IMG/VR virus record: IMGVR_UViG_2936514734_000001
Coordinates: 175,375-239,374 of that record
DNA: 64,000 bases
Source: a virus
Lineage: Duplodnaviria > Caudoviricetes
Strand: one strand, 5' to 3'
Part shown: piece by piece, positions 18,490 through 29,761 of the stretch
How positions within the stretch are numbered: the stretch's first letter is position 1
How the letters are laid out: every line of letters begins with the position of its first letter
The notes under the pieces: model-generated
What the model was told of the DNA's origin: nothing
Seen by the model: only the letters and a program-made list of their open reading frames with translations
The model's database searches: none
Translations under genes and position numbers: made by a program

Positions 18490-20013
18490 TCACTCCTTAA
18501 CAGTTTCTAGGTATTCCTTTATCTTGTTACGACTTTCTTTCATGATAGCTATTCTTTGTTTACGCTTATCACTATGAATTACATAACCTAGTTTTTCACC
18601 TTGATACTTAGTCTTTAGTTCTTCAATATCTAAAGAGCAGGTAACACGGCGGGCATCTTCATGATAAATTTCTAAGATTGCTTTATGTTGAGCAGCTATA
18701 AGGATAGCCATATATACTCGATTAGCAGAATCATAATCCCCAAGAATCTTAATTAGTTCTGAGAATAAACCTTTAATGTAGAAAGGAACTCTATAGCGAA
18801 AGGTTGTTAGTGTGTTTGCTGTTAGTTTTAAAACAGGCCCTAATTTTCTAGGTTCTTTTAGTCGTCCAATAGCATCAGCTATACAAACTATGGAGTAATC
18901 AAGAATATGATTAGACGAAACAATACCTGGTTTTCGAATATAGGAATCCCCGTCCAATTCAAATTTACCTTCTACAAAATCAACTGCTTTTGGTATACGC
19001 ATTGTGGTAAAAGCACCATGAAAAACCATGTGTGCTGATACATTGAATAAGATAGCTTTCTTACACGACTTCAAATTGAAACGCTCCAAGAACTTTTCAG
19101 CAATTGGAACTCCAGCAGATTCATGGGTAATATAAGTAACAGTACCTTTAATAGGATGAATACCTTTTGTTACTGCTTTGCCAACATCATGTAGAAGGGC
19201 AGAGTACATAACAATCAGTTCACTATCAGCAGGTAATTGATCACAGAGATAACGTGCAGCATCTACAACTTGCATTGTATGTTCAAAAACATTTCCTTCA
19301 GGATGATGTTCAGGGTTTTGTTCAAACTCTGATAAACAATCAATCTCTGGAAAATGCACATCTAATACTTCCGCTTCTTTTAATGTGCGAAAGAATAGGG
19401 AGGGAGTATCAGTCATGAATGCTTTGTTTGTCTCCTCAAGTACACGTCCAATAGAAAGAGAAGATAGTTCTGCTTTAAGTGATTTCATCATTTGCATAGT
19501 TCCGTATTCTACAGAAAAACCATATCTTGCACAGAACCTTGCTGCACGATAAACCCGTAGCGGATCTTCCCTGAATGCTTTAGTAGTTGCACGCAACAAG
19601 GAACAATTCAAATCTTCTTGACCATAAAAAGGGTCAATCAATTCTTTTGTTTCTAAATCAATAGCCATTGCATTAATGGTGAAATCACGACGCGCCAAAT
19701 CTTCCTCAATAGTTACAGTAGGAGATGTATGTATAGTGAAACCTTTATGACCAGTAGATGTTTTTCTCTCTGTTCTAGCTAGTGCGACTTCACAGTATTC
19801 TCCGTCAATATCCATACGATAAACAGGGAAGTCTTTACCTTGTAACTCAGCAGTAGGAAAGAGTGATTCAAATGTTTCTTGAGAAATACCAGTTACACAG
19901 TAATCATTGTCTTTAGCTATCTTTCCCATTAGTGAATCACGAACGGCACCGCCAACTAAATAACCTTTTGCATTATTAGTCTTTAATGTATTTACAAAGG
20001 TATCTAATTGCAT
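18490..20013 (-). CDS. cca: CCA-adding tRNA nucleotidyltransferase with HD phosphohydrolase domain
   Basis: YLVGGAVRD, DNDY, EDLARRDFTINAMA, FREDPLRVYRAARF, LLHDVGK. Confidence 0.92.
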   Translation of the reverse strand: MQLDTFVNTLKTNNAKGYLVGGAVRDSLMGKIAKDNDYCVTGISQETFESLFPTAELQGKDFPVYRMDIDGEYCEVALARTERKTSTGHKGFTIHTSPTVTIEEDLARRDFTINAMAIDLETKELIDPFYGQEDLNCSLLRATTKAFREDPLRVYRAARFCARYGFSVEYGTMQMMKSLKAELSSLSIGRVLEETNKAFMTDTPSLFFRTLKEAEVLDVHFPEIDCLSEFEQNPEHHPEGNVFEHTMQVVDAARYLCDQLPADSELIVMYSALLHDVGKAVTKGIHPIKGTVTYITHESAGVPIAEKFLERFNLKSCKKAILFNVSAHMVFHGAFTTMRIPKAVDFVEGKFELDGDSYIRKPGIVSSNHILDYSIVCIADAIGRLKEPRKLGPVLKLTANTLTTFRYRVPFYIKGLFSELIKILGDYDSANRVYMAILIAAQHKAILEIYHEDARRVTCSLDIEELKTKYQGEKLGYVIHSDKRKQRIAIMKESRNKIKEYLETVKE

Positions 20014-20031
20014 ATGTAAACATCCTTTCTA

Positions 20032-22203
20032 TTAATCAACAAATTTCTGTAATTCATTAATTAATGTCTTAATATCTTCTTTATTTAAAGTAGCTTGGAC
20101 CATTTGCCAAAAATGACCGTTATTATCTTTACCATCATTTCTTAATACAATCATCACTTCATCACGAAGACGCTTTTTTAATGTGATATTGTGCTTGTTG
20201 CATCTAAAAGGATTGTTCGAAGTAGGATTGTAAATAATACTACATTTTTTACTTAAACAAATAGCACCATTCTCTGATGTACTTACACTAAATGTAGGCT
20301 TTTGTTTTGTTTCCAATTAATTCGCCACCTTTTCAAAATCCGCAATATTGTTAGGAAGGGGTAGTCCAAATACACGATTCGCATATCGGAAATCTTCCGC
20401 TGTAGGATTACGCATAATATAGTAATTAAAAGACATAACTTGATTGTAGTATTTATCACTTTCATCTTTAAAAAAGGCATGGTCTTTAACGAACGGATCA
20501 TCCATGACACCTTCGTTCTTGCTCATACGTAATAAGTCATCCAAGTTAATTACCTCGGGCGGCTTACTACCATCATAGAAATAATAAACAGACTTCATTT
20601 TTTACGACGCTTCTTTCTAATTTTGTGTTTACGTACCTTAATAGGTTTAACCTTATTTACTTTCAAGTGACACTTAGGATGAACACTTAGTACATGAGGA
20701 TAAGTAGGAAACTTACCAACATTACATACATAACGGCTGCCGGCATCCTTAGCATGATTATGAATACAATCAGCACATATAACCATATATAGGACAACTC
20801 CTTATGCTAAGACTTCTTGAATCTTAAAGCGGTCAGGAACACCATACATAAGAATTTCACCAAGAGTTAAATTACCTGCAGGAGGATATACAATAAAGTC
20901 ATTCATAATAGTTCCAAGATCATTCATCCTCTTATCAATAAACTCTAATGCATCTTCCTTAGTATCATGCTTACTGAATACTTCCTTATTATCTTCCCAG
21001 TAACAAACAATCCACTTATTCATTTTGTCAAACATATGTAGCACTCCATTCTTAGATAGTTGTCATTGATTGGTTGCCTCAAGAGCAACATGTTGTAAGA
21101 TAGCTTCTGCTGTTCCTTCACATAAGAAATGACACCAGCCATTACCTTCATCCCAAATAGCAATACGTACACCTTTATCGTTCTCCCAAATCCAGGTGCG
21201 GTAATAGTTATCTAATACATCTGCAGGTAGAGAAGGGTAAACCTGATCAATTCTCCCTAAGCAATTAAAGTCTTCAATCATATCTTTTTCTTGTTTAACG
21301 TTCTTAACGAAATCGAGTACATTATTGGTAAGCATCTATATCTCTCCTTTGTCATAATAAATGCATGAGACTTCATTCTTCTACAAACCACATTCCTTCC
21401 AGAATCATTCCACCATGTACCTTAAAGGCATCTCTCCATTCTGTATTAGTATCAAACTCATAAAGTCCTTGCTGATAGATACATTTCACTTTCTTATTAA
21501 ATGCATCCCATCTTTTTAAAGCAGTCATAAAGTCTACTTGACGATATCCTTCAAACACATAATCACATCCTTTAACTAGATTGAGACTTTAATAACTTCA
21601 CACTTTAATCTTTTCTCTATATAATCAATAACGTTTTTAGGATTCTTTGTTTTAAGTCCACACGCAATATAAAAAGAACTAAGGCTGATTAATCTAAACA
21701 ATCCAGTTTCTCTTTCAACCACCACTCTGTAATGCAACAACTTACCTGACTTAATATGTCTTGCTGTAATATGACTGCCTCTCTTTATATCCATAAAACT
21801 ACACGCGGCTCCTTTCCATAAGTACTAACAATCAGTGATTAAACTTTACATAATTAAGCTCTCTATTAATAACTGTGTAATCAACATACTTAATAGATTC
21901 AGAACCATCATAGTCATCAATTAACCAAGGCTTTGATGTATCTACTTCAACTATACGAATATGACTCCATCCTTCTTTACCTGTTAGAAGTCCATCTTTA
22001 GCATGTGTTTCTACATGGTTAACATATTGTTCATTAGTACGTCCTTCGATAGACCAAAAAGGTACACCAACTTTATCAATAAGCTTCTGAAGTTTTGCAT
22101 TAGGTTCAAATATTCCATAAGATACTTGTACAATTACTTTTACCTTGCTCATAATATTCACCAACTTTAAAAGTTTTTTTATAAATACACCGAAAACTAT
22201 CAA
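20032..22203 (-). other. Run of eight small co-directional hypothetical genes (20032-20316, 20317-20598, 20595-20786, 20802-21044, 21063-21335, 21373-21558, 21576-21794, 21832-22203)
   Basis: Tightly packed ORFs with SD motifs; no family recognised. Confidence 0.6.
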
Positions 22204-22214
22204 AAGTGTACTTA

Positions 22215-22710
22215 TTATATAGTGGGCGGGGAAAACTCCTCGGGCCTAAATCAATTGCTTCTAATTATGTATAAATCACCACTATATAGACATAGATAAC
22301 CTTAACTATATAGACAACAACTAATAAGACATAAACTATATAGTGCACATCATCTACTACTATATCCACCTATATAAAGACAACAAGTAAGACTAAGATT
22401 ATGTATATAAGGGGAACAGATGAACATAGTAATAGATACGTACCTATATAGACAGAACCTTAACACTTTGATTCTGAATATAGGACAAACCCTTGATACA
22501 TAAGGGTTTAACTGACATAACATGATTAACCTAAGACTGATAAAACTATATAGATTGATTCCCTTACTATATAGAGGAGTACCTATGACTTCTCTCTTTA
22601 TATGCATAGATAACCTCTTATATAGGGGATTACTATATAGACAGAATCAGACACCTTTGTATTATTTGTAGGTAGGAAAGGGGAACTTCCCAGTACCAAA
22701 ACCTATATAG
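22215..22710. repeat. Non-coding tract with clustered CTATATAG palindromes
   Basis: Perfect copies at 22282, 22306, 22336, 22444, 22546, 22567, 22633, 22703, plus near-matches. Confidence 0.75.
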
Positions 22711-22812
22711 TTTCAGAGACTAGGAGAGGGGATTCACCCGCTTCACCCCCATAGAAAGGGTTCAGTTTAGGCGAATCTGAAAAAGCCCTCCTGAGTCAAT
22801 CTGAGAAGAATT

Positions 22813-24421
22813 TTATGCTACCTTATAGGTGATAGCTTTCTTCTTGTATTCAATCTGTTGCTTCCATCGTTCAACCATCTTGTTGGCAACTTTAACAGCT
22901 TTCTTTTCAACATCACCAAAGAGTACGTCTACATGTTCTGTACGAACTGTACCTAGACCAAGACCTTCTTCATCTCTGAATGATACGGTAATGCAAGCTG
23001 AACGTTTACTATACTTCTCTATGTTTACTGTGAACATGGTACCTCCTTAGATTGCTTTTTCTTTTAATTCACCTAGACGGCGTTTGCGACTAGACAGTTC
23101 TTTCATGTCATCACCGCATTTGCTGTATCCTTCCTGGTAACCTCGTGACTTACCTAATTCATACTTGTAGCTACCATATACATAAGCACCAATTAAGAAA
23201 CTAGCGGCTGATGCCACACCTACTGCAAGGATTGCGAGAAAGAATTCAAACATATGATTACCTCCTATATAGTGAACTGAAAGCTTCCGCCTGATGGATC
23301 TTCTGCATCAACAGTAGGGGAAGTCAGTTGTTCCTTAGTCATCCATACTAATGAGTTACCTGTTTCAATCCATTCTTTAGGAACGAACAGTTTTAGGTTC
23401 TTGCTATCTACTTCAACAACTGCACGGTCCTCCACGTCACCTTCAATTAGGTAAGTGAGGTATTGGTTTGTGTCTGATTGGTAACCTGCAACGATTACGT
23501 TTGTTTGTATTTCTGTCATGATTCATCTCTCCTTAATGTTTAATAGTGTTCTGGCATTCCATCTTCATTAGGCATAGCGGTCATGTGGTCCATTGTGCTA
23601 CATGCATTAACAACTAGTTCGTCATGTTCAGCACAAAGGATTTCATCGTAATGTACTTCTTTGCAACAACCTTTCCATGCACAAGTGAATGTCATTGTTT
23701 CGATTGTCATGATGATTCCTCCTATATAGAGATTCATAAAAGGTGAGGGCGGTAGCCCTCCATTAATGAATAACCGGTTTACCTTGTTCCGCTAGATCCT
23801 TAGCAATCTGTAATGCAAAGGATGATTTATAAGAACAGCTACCTAATAAAGGTTTAGGGAATCGGAAAAGTTGTCCTGGCTGAATCCCTTCACTGTCTTC
23901 TAGTAATTTATCTAAAATAACAAAAGTGATTTTATCCTCAGTCATAACATCCTCCTATATAGCAGCCCTATATAGTGTTGGATCCATGTAACCTAGTTTC
24001 TCTAATTCTCTATAGGCCTGATCCGCTTCTTCATAGGTACCGTAATATTTTGAAATTCGTTTTAAGTTCATCCAAGTATCATGAGCGGGCGAGTAGAACT
24101 GTAATCCTATATAGTGACTCCAGTCATTCCGTTTGATAATGGATATTCTCGTTGTATAATCTGTCACGCAACTTCATCTTTCTATTACATCAGCAGTCCC
24201 ATATTGTAAGTAGGTTGAACATAGGAAGCTTGCTGTCTACCACTAGGGCGAAGCAAACACTCTCTAAGTAAAATCAATGCATCTACAATAAGGCATCCGA
24301 CTGACCATATTTGAAAAGGTAATGGTTGTACTGACCATGTAATAACAGTAAGGGATGTCTCAAGTACCAAGCTTGTACCCATCCAAGTCTTAACCGCTCC
24401 TGAAGCTAATATCATAATCAA
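22813..24421 (-). other. Run of seven small hypothetical genes (22813-23037, 23047-23253, 23265-23519, 23540-23737, 23763-23945, 23955-24167, 24185-24421); two are membrane-anchored
   Basis: Packed ORFs, most with GGAGG-type SD. Confidence 0.6.
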
Positions 24422-24643
24422 TTCCTCCTACATTAAAAGGGTTTCTGAGCACAACCTGACCGAACATAACCATAGTCATTGAAAATGTAAATACCCTAAA
24501 TTAAATTTTCCAAAATGACCATGAGCGTCGGTAGTCCTAGTTTAAATCGAGGGGAGATTTCAAAAACTAGGCGAGCGTCGGTAGTGCTGCAGATTAAAAA
24601 AAGAAACAATCAAAAAAAGTGAGGGCGTGAGCCCTCTAATAAA

Positions 24644-25123
24644 TTACTTCTGAACAGCTTGTGCAATCTGAGCCAACATCGCCTCCATATTATTCATCTT
24701 GTTTTCTAAGTTATCTAGACGTTTACTTGTTGTGTCATCCTCTAAAGGAACTTCAACAGGTTGTGGATTAAATAACTGAGATACTTGTTCAGGAGACTGA
24801 ACTTGTTGAGCGGGTTGTGCCATCATAGGTTGTTGCATTGGCATACCCATAGTCATAGGCATAAAAGGGTTCACAGGATCTGGTGCAAAGGCATCACGAA
24901 TCTTAGAGATGAAAGAACCGCTGTTACCTTGATAATGACGTTTCACTACTTGAGCAATCTGACGGTTTTGTTCAGCTTGCATAATACTTTGTAGGTGAGC
25001 TTGTTGTGCAGTCTGCATTAACTGTGTATAGTCGATACCTTTCTCTGTACAAAGCATTTGCGTCATAAGGTTATTTGCAGTACTTGCGATATCTTGTTGC
25101 ATTTGTCCATATAAGTTATTCAA
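24644..25123 (-). CDS. Q/M/P-rich low-complexity protein with C-terminal coiled coil
   Basis: ORF composition; GGGGAG SD. Confidence 0.65.
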   Translation of the reverse strand: MNNLYGQMQQDIASTANNLMTQMLCTEKGIDYTQLMQTAQQAHLQSIMQAEQNRQIAQVVKRHYQGNSGSFISKIRDAFAPDPVNPFMPMTMGMPMQQPMMAQPAQQVQSPEQVSQLFNPQPVEVPLEDDTTSKRLDNLENKMNNMEAMLAQIAQAVQK

Positions 25124-25184
25124 GTGAATCTCCCCATTTCATAGTATTGATTAAACAAAAAGAGTGGGGGCGTAAGCCCACCAC

Positions 25185-25688
25185 TTAGTAAACCCAAACA
25201 TAGTCCTCATTCTGTTTCTGAGTGACCTTGCCTTCCTCTATGTACTCATTCAGATTCTCTACATCTATTAAGATGTTCGATACTTCATCAGCTAAGTCCA
25301 TAGAGATAGTACCTGAATGTGCATTGTGCTTTAAAACCTGTACGGCAAAGTCTGCTTTATCTCTCCAAGAACCTAGCGGAGCAAAAGCAAACATAGATTG
25401 TTCATTAAGCATAATATCTGTAACTTGAACCTTCTTACCAAGATTGTTGTAGAACTTAATAGTAATTGTTTCATCCAACGTTAAGTGACCAACATTAAAT
25501 GTAGGAATCTGTTTATCGTCAACAGTCAAAATACCTTCTACACGATTAAGGCGTTCAAACTTCTGACTTTTTACTTTGTTGTTACGTGGAGTATCTACTG
25601 AAGGAATCAGACAAAGAATCCATACAATAAACAATCCAACAATTAATACGACACTAGTTGCTAGTAGATAACCATTACCTTGATACAT
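25185..25688 (-). CDS. Hypothetical protein with N-terminal TM helix
   Basis: LLATSVVLIVGLFIVWILCLI. Confidence 0.6.
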   Translation of the reverse strand: MYQGNGYLLATSVVLIVGLFIVWILCLIPSVDTPRNNKVKSQKFERLNRVEGILTVDDKQIPTFNVGHLTLDETITIKFYNNLGKKVQVTDIMLNEQSMFAFAPLGSWRDKADFAVQVLKHNAHSGTISMDLADEVSNILIDVENLNEYIEEGKVTQKQNEDYVWVY

Positions 25689-25736
25689 ACACCAATCTCC
25701 TTGTTGAGCTTTAAATAAAAAGAGCAGGGGATAACC

Positions 25737-26075
25737 CTACTCTGATAAACTTTCTACATATTTAAGTACCTGTGCTTTAAGTTCATACTTCAAGTTAATA
25801 TTGTCATAGTAGGTGATTTCACCAGTATCACTATCCACAATCTTATCTTGACCAGGTGTTGCTAAATACAATGTGCCTGGATTGTGCTTTGACTCTCCAA
25901 TTGTGACACGTACACTACCACATATTAAGTCTAGAATACAATTACATACGATACCGTATGAACGTTGAAGTTGATTAGCAGGGAATACTTTAATGTTATT
26001 TAAACCTAATCCTTTGTTGTAGGGACGTGTTGGAACTTTAACTGAACGATACCAAACTTGCTGTTTAATTTGCAT
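25737..26075 (-). CDS. SpoVG-like-fold hypothetical protein, paralogue of 27111-27830
   Basis: Shared pattern I...PA..Q...GI.....L....GS....I..SK...Y...I.LK...KAQ.L...E.L. Confidence 0.5.
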   Translation of the reverse strand: MQIKQQVWYRSVKVPTRPYNKGLGLNNIKVFPANQLQRSYGIVCNCILDLICGSVRVTIGESKHNPGTLYLATPGQDKIVDSDTGEITYYDNINLKYELKAQVLKYVESLSE

Positions 26076-26215
26076 ATGTGACTCTCTCCTTAACAATATA
26101 AAATAGAATACAAAAAAGGAGAGGGGGTTAGCCTCTCGTTATGTTAGCGTTAAGTTTACGCTGATTAGTTAAATTTTCTGCTACAGTCAAGCGGATACAT
26201 AATAACCGCTCGTCT

Positions 26216-27051
26216 TTAGGAATCTGCAACCACTCCCGTGTATTGACCATCATTTACACCACTCCCTTGTATAGGTAAAAATCCAATAACTGAGGCATTA
26301 GTCTTACCGAATGGGGCTGTGTGTTCAAAGGTGTGTTCTTTATTATTTACGAGACACGTCCCAATCAGTGTGTATTCATTCGGAAGATTAAATTCGTGAA
26401 CATCTTTAAAGACAACTTTCTCTGTCCCGCCATCAAGCCTAGGAACATTCAGCGTCATGTTCTTGATTTGTTTCTCTTTCTTGAGTTGAAGACCATTCCA
26501 TACGTTGGACATCATTAAGCCTTCAAATCCTTTGTCCATTAAGCAACACCTCTACTGTGCATTATTCTTTAAATCTGCAAGGATAAATGACTTAACATTG
26601 GTTAAGGCGTCCATCCAATTTTCAAATAGCATTTCATGCCTAGGTGCCCTGTCGTAGTTGGTTACTCCTACTCCACGTTGCCCTCTGTATTTGAATGTGT
26701 AGTATCTCCAAGTAAAAGACTGGAGTTGAATATTTCTTTTTTCTTTCTGGATATTTATCATTTCAATTATTTCTTCAAGTTCAATGTCTAGATTTTCTAC
26801 CATCAGGCAACACTCCTCATTGCTTCATTTACTTTCTTATAGTCAACTCCCATAAGACCTGAAATCAGACGGGAAGCTAAGATACTTGCAGACTTAAGAA
26901 CCTTAGTTACTCCATTACAGAAATAAGTAATCTCAACTAAGCCTTCCTCAATTTTTCTTGCTACTACAGCAACTAAACCTTTTGATTCTTCTTTTGCAAG
27001 GTAAACTGAATTTTCGTGTGCAGATATTTCTAATGTCATGTTGATTCTCAC
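26216..27051 (-). other. Three small hypothetical genes (26216-26539, 26552-26803, ~26803-27040)
   Basis: Packed ORFs with SD motifs. Confidence 0.55.
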
Positions 27052-27110
27052 CTTTCGGATAATAGTTTTAGTTTTTGTATATAAAAAAGAGAGTAGGATA
27101 ACCCACTCTC

Positions 27111-27830
27111 TTAGATTGGTAGTTCGTCTTCTTGAAGACCTACTACTTCTTTTTGTGCCTCTGTACTTTGTTGGTCTGTTTGCTGACCGCCCATATTCTG
27201 AGGTGCAGGAGGCTGATACTGTTGTTGCGGTTGACCATATTGTGGGAACTGCTGTTGCTGTTGTTGTGGCATACCGAATTGTTGCTGAGGCATACCAAAC
27301 TGCTGTTGCATTCCCATTGGTTGTTGCATACCCATACCGTACATAGGTTGTTGACCATACGGCATTTGTGGTTGCATACCAAACTGTTGTTGAGGCATTC
27401 CATACATTTGTTGCTGAGGCATTGGCTGTGGAACTTGTCCAGTTTGCAATGCTTCAAAGAAACGTAGGATTTGTGCCTTAACTTGTGGCTTTAGCATAAT
27501 GTGCTCCCAATACTGACCTTTCTCTTTATCAATTTCAGTAGAGATAGTTTGGACAAACGGAGCATTACTCTTAGATAAGCGAATCTGAAACGAAATACTA
27601 CCTACAACAGATTTAAGGATGCCATTACCTAAAATACCGTGAGGTTGCTGATTAGCAGATGCTGGCTTAATTGAGATGTCCTCGATACCAATGTTCATAT
27701 TGCTAGGTGCAGATGTTACACTGTACAAATAACCAGCGTTTTGACGATACCAGAAAGGATTACCGCCTTGTTGATTTTGGTCTTGCGTGATACCTTGTGG
27801 AGCTACGTATTCTTGAGTTTGAGTTGACAT
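27111..27830 (-). CDS. Putative ssDNA/RNA-binding protein: SpoVG-like core, Q/G/M/P-rich tail, SSB-like acidic tip
   Basis: Repeats of QQQFGMP / QQPMYGM; ends QEDELPI. Confidence 0.55.
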   Translation of the reverse strand: MSTQTQEYVAPQGITQDQNQQGGNPFWYRQNAGYLYSVTSAPSNMNIGIEDISIKPASANQQPHGILGNGILKSVVGSISFQIRLSKSNAPFVQTISTEIDKEKGQYWEHIMLKPQVKAQILRFFEALQTGQVPQPMPQQQMYGMPQQQFGMQPQMPYGQQPMYGMGMQQPMGMQQQFGMPQQQFGMPQQQQQQFPQYGQPQQQYQPPAPQNMGGQQTDQQSTEAQKEVVGLQEDELPI

Positions 27831-28092
27831 AATTGATTCTCTCCATTTCAATAGTAAATTTTTAAATCAAAAAGAGTAGGGGAGTTATCCCCTTGAGATT
27901 ATTACTAAAACTACGGTGTACCGCTATCTAGTAGAACGAACAATCTCAAAACAGGTAAAGGTGTTAACCTTCCTTGGCAATGCACCATAAGCGGTCGTTA
28001 ATCACATATTGCTACAGAACCTATTCGATAAGGGCGTTAGCCCTTTCCATAAGAGGACACGTCCAGTTACAAATAAGCACTCGTACTTTCTA

Positions 28093-28180
28093 GTGCGTTA
28101 GCACGTAGGATAGCGCCCACGTTAGCCTGAGCGTTAGCGCAGGTTGCGTTAGCAATGGGCGATAGCCCAGGCCGAAGGCC
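28093..28180. other. Cluster of back-to-back mini-hairpins with GTTA/GATA/GAA loops
   Basis: gtgc-gtta-gcac, cctgagc-gtta-gcgcagg, ttgc-gtta-gcaa, tgggc-gata-gccca, ggcc-gaa-ggcc. Confidence 0.7.
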
Positions 28181-28271
28181 CGGGAGTTCTTGTTCTTACA
28201 TCTACACTCAATAGAATCAAGTGCACATATAAAAACAAAAAGAGCGGGGAAGATCCCCACTCCATTTATCC

Positions 28272-29666
28272 TTAACGTATAACGACTAGATTTTCTATTG
28301 CACGAGTTACTACAGTATATAACCAACGATTCTGATTCTTGTATCCATCAGCACCGCGTCCAAACACACCACTTTCATCTATAGCATAAACAGTCTTCCA
28401 CTGTGAACCTTGTGAAGAATGCCCAGTAATAACATAACCAAGTTGTACTTCATCACCTGGTTGAATTTCTCTTTCACCTTTAGAACGACGTACATAATTC
28501 TCTTTTCTTATGTCAGCCATTGTTTTTCTTTCAAACAAAATATCCTCTTGTACCTCTAAGTAGCGATAGCCTTCAAAAGCATCAGGTGTAAACTTAAAGC
28601 GAATAAGACCATTATGCGTTCTTCTTACATTTGATACTTTACCACGCATACCATTTGTAACTGCAATCTCACCTTTGTTTCCACCATCAATATTTTCTTT
28701 AACAACAATTGTTTCCCCATTCATAAGAGTAGGGGAGTTAAATCCTAAATGACTACGAATAGCCTGATTTAAATTCTGTCTTGTCTTATTCATACCTGCA
28801 ATGACAACACCGCCATTTGCAACTACTTTTGCATATTGATTAACAGATACCTTACGGCGGTCAATTACATATACTTTCCCACCGATATTTACATCTTTTC
28901 TAGGGAAGCGATAAGCTACACCATCTTCAGTTGCTTTACGGATAGCCATAGATAAAGCAATGATTGGATTGTCAGAAGCTTGACGTAATACTTCAGTAAG
29001 AATAGAGTTTGGATTCTTAAAGAAATACTCTTCATCTTTAACAGGTGGTAGCTGCCCTGGATCACCAACAATAATTACTTTGCAACCTGCTTTTCTTGCC
29101 ATTGGAAGAATCTCATTAGCGGTGCGATTACCTACCATTGAACCTTCATCAACAATAACTAATCTAGTACCATTTAAATTATCAGCAGATGGAACGAATA
29201 TAGTACGTCCAGCCTTTGTTAATTCAGGAACATAAAATAGTTTATGAAGAGTAGAGCATGAGTAACCCGGTGTCTTTTCTTTTAACACAAGAGAAGCGGT
29301 CCCAGTAGGAGCGCATAGACGAACACGTTCATTATCAATATCTAATTCCTCTAATATAATATCTACAACAGTAGACTTACCTACGCCTGCATATCCCGCT
29401 AATTCATATGTTCCGTATCCTGGCGTAGAAGAATACCATAGTTTAATATCTCTAATTACAGCATCTTGAGCACTGGTAGGAGTAATTGATCTAGTCTTTT
29501 TTCTTTTATTAGGCTTAACAGGTTCAACTGTTTGTTCTACTGAGAATAATGGTTTTGAATCTTGAACAATATCATTAGCTTCTTTTATTATAGTAGAGTT
29601 TTTCTTAGTATCTTTTTCTGTATCAAGTAATCTCTTTAATTCTTCTTTAGTAATAGTCGTAGTCAT
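28272..29666 (-). CDS. SF1B (Dda/RecD2-like) DNA helicase
   Basis: GYAGVGKS, APTG, TLHKLFY, IVDEGSMV, VGDPGQLPPV, LTEVLRQA, GYVITGHSSQGS, LYTVVTRA. Confidence 0.9.
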   Translation of the reverse strand: MTTTITKEELKRLLDTEKDTKKNSTIIKEANDIVQDSKPLFSVEQTVEPVKPNKRKKTRSITPTSAQDAVIRDIKLWYSSTPGYGTYELAGYAGVGKSTVVDIILEELDIDNERVRLCAPTGTASLVLKEKTPGYSCSTLHKLFYVPELTKAGRTIFVPSADNLNGTRLVIVDEGSMVGNRTANEILPMARKAGCKVIIVGDPGQLPPVKDEEYFFKNPNSILTEVLRQASDNPIIALSMAIRKATEDGVAYRFPRKDVNIGGKVYVIDRRKVSVNQYAKVVANGGVVIAGMNKTRQNLNQAIRSHLGFNSPTLMNGETIVVKENIDGGNKGEIAVTNGMRGKVSNVRRTHNGLIRFKFTPDAFEGYRYLEVQEDILFERKTMADIRKENYVRRSKGEREIQPGDEVQLGYVITGHSSQGSQWKTVYAIDESGVFGRGADGYKNQNRWLYTVVTRAIENLVVIR

Positions 29667-29761
29667 TGTAAAATCTCTCCTTATAGTCGGCTTTTTAGTT
29701 TTAAGGTTTTAATAAGTAATCTGTCTATATAAAAGAAAAAGAACGGGGAATCCCCGCTCTA

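Noticed and set aside
22350-22607. 85-aa ORF across the CTATATAG array
   Set aside because: No SD; appears to be a by-product of the repeats
24523-24585. Possible mini-CRISPR array
   Set aside because: Only two 13-bp repeats, self-complementary spacer, no cas genes in the window
28090-28326. 78-aa ORF over the mini-hairpin cluster
   Set aside because: Overlaps the helicase end and its terminator; no SD
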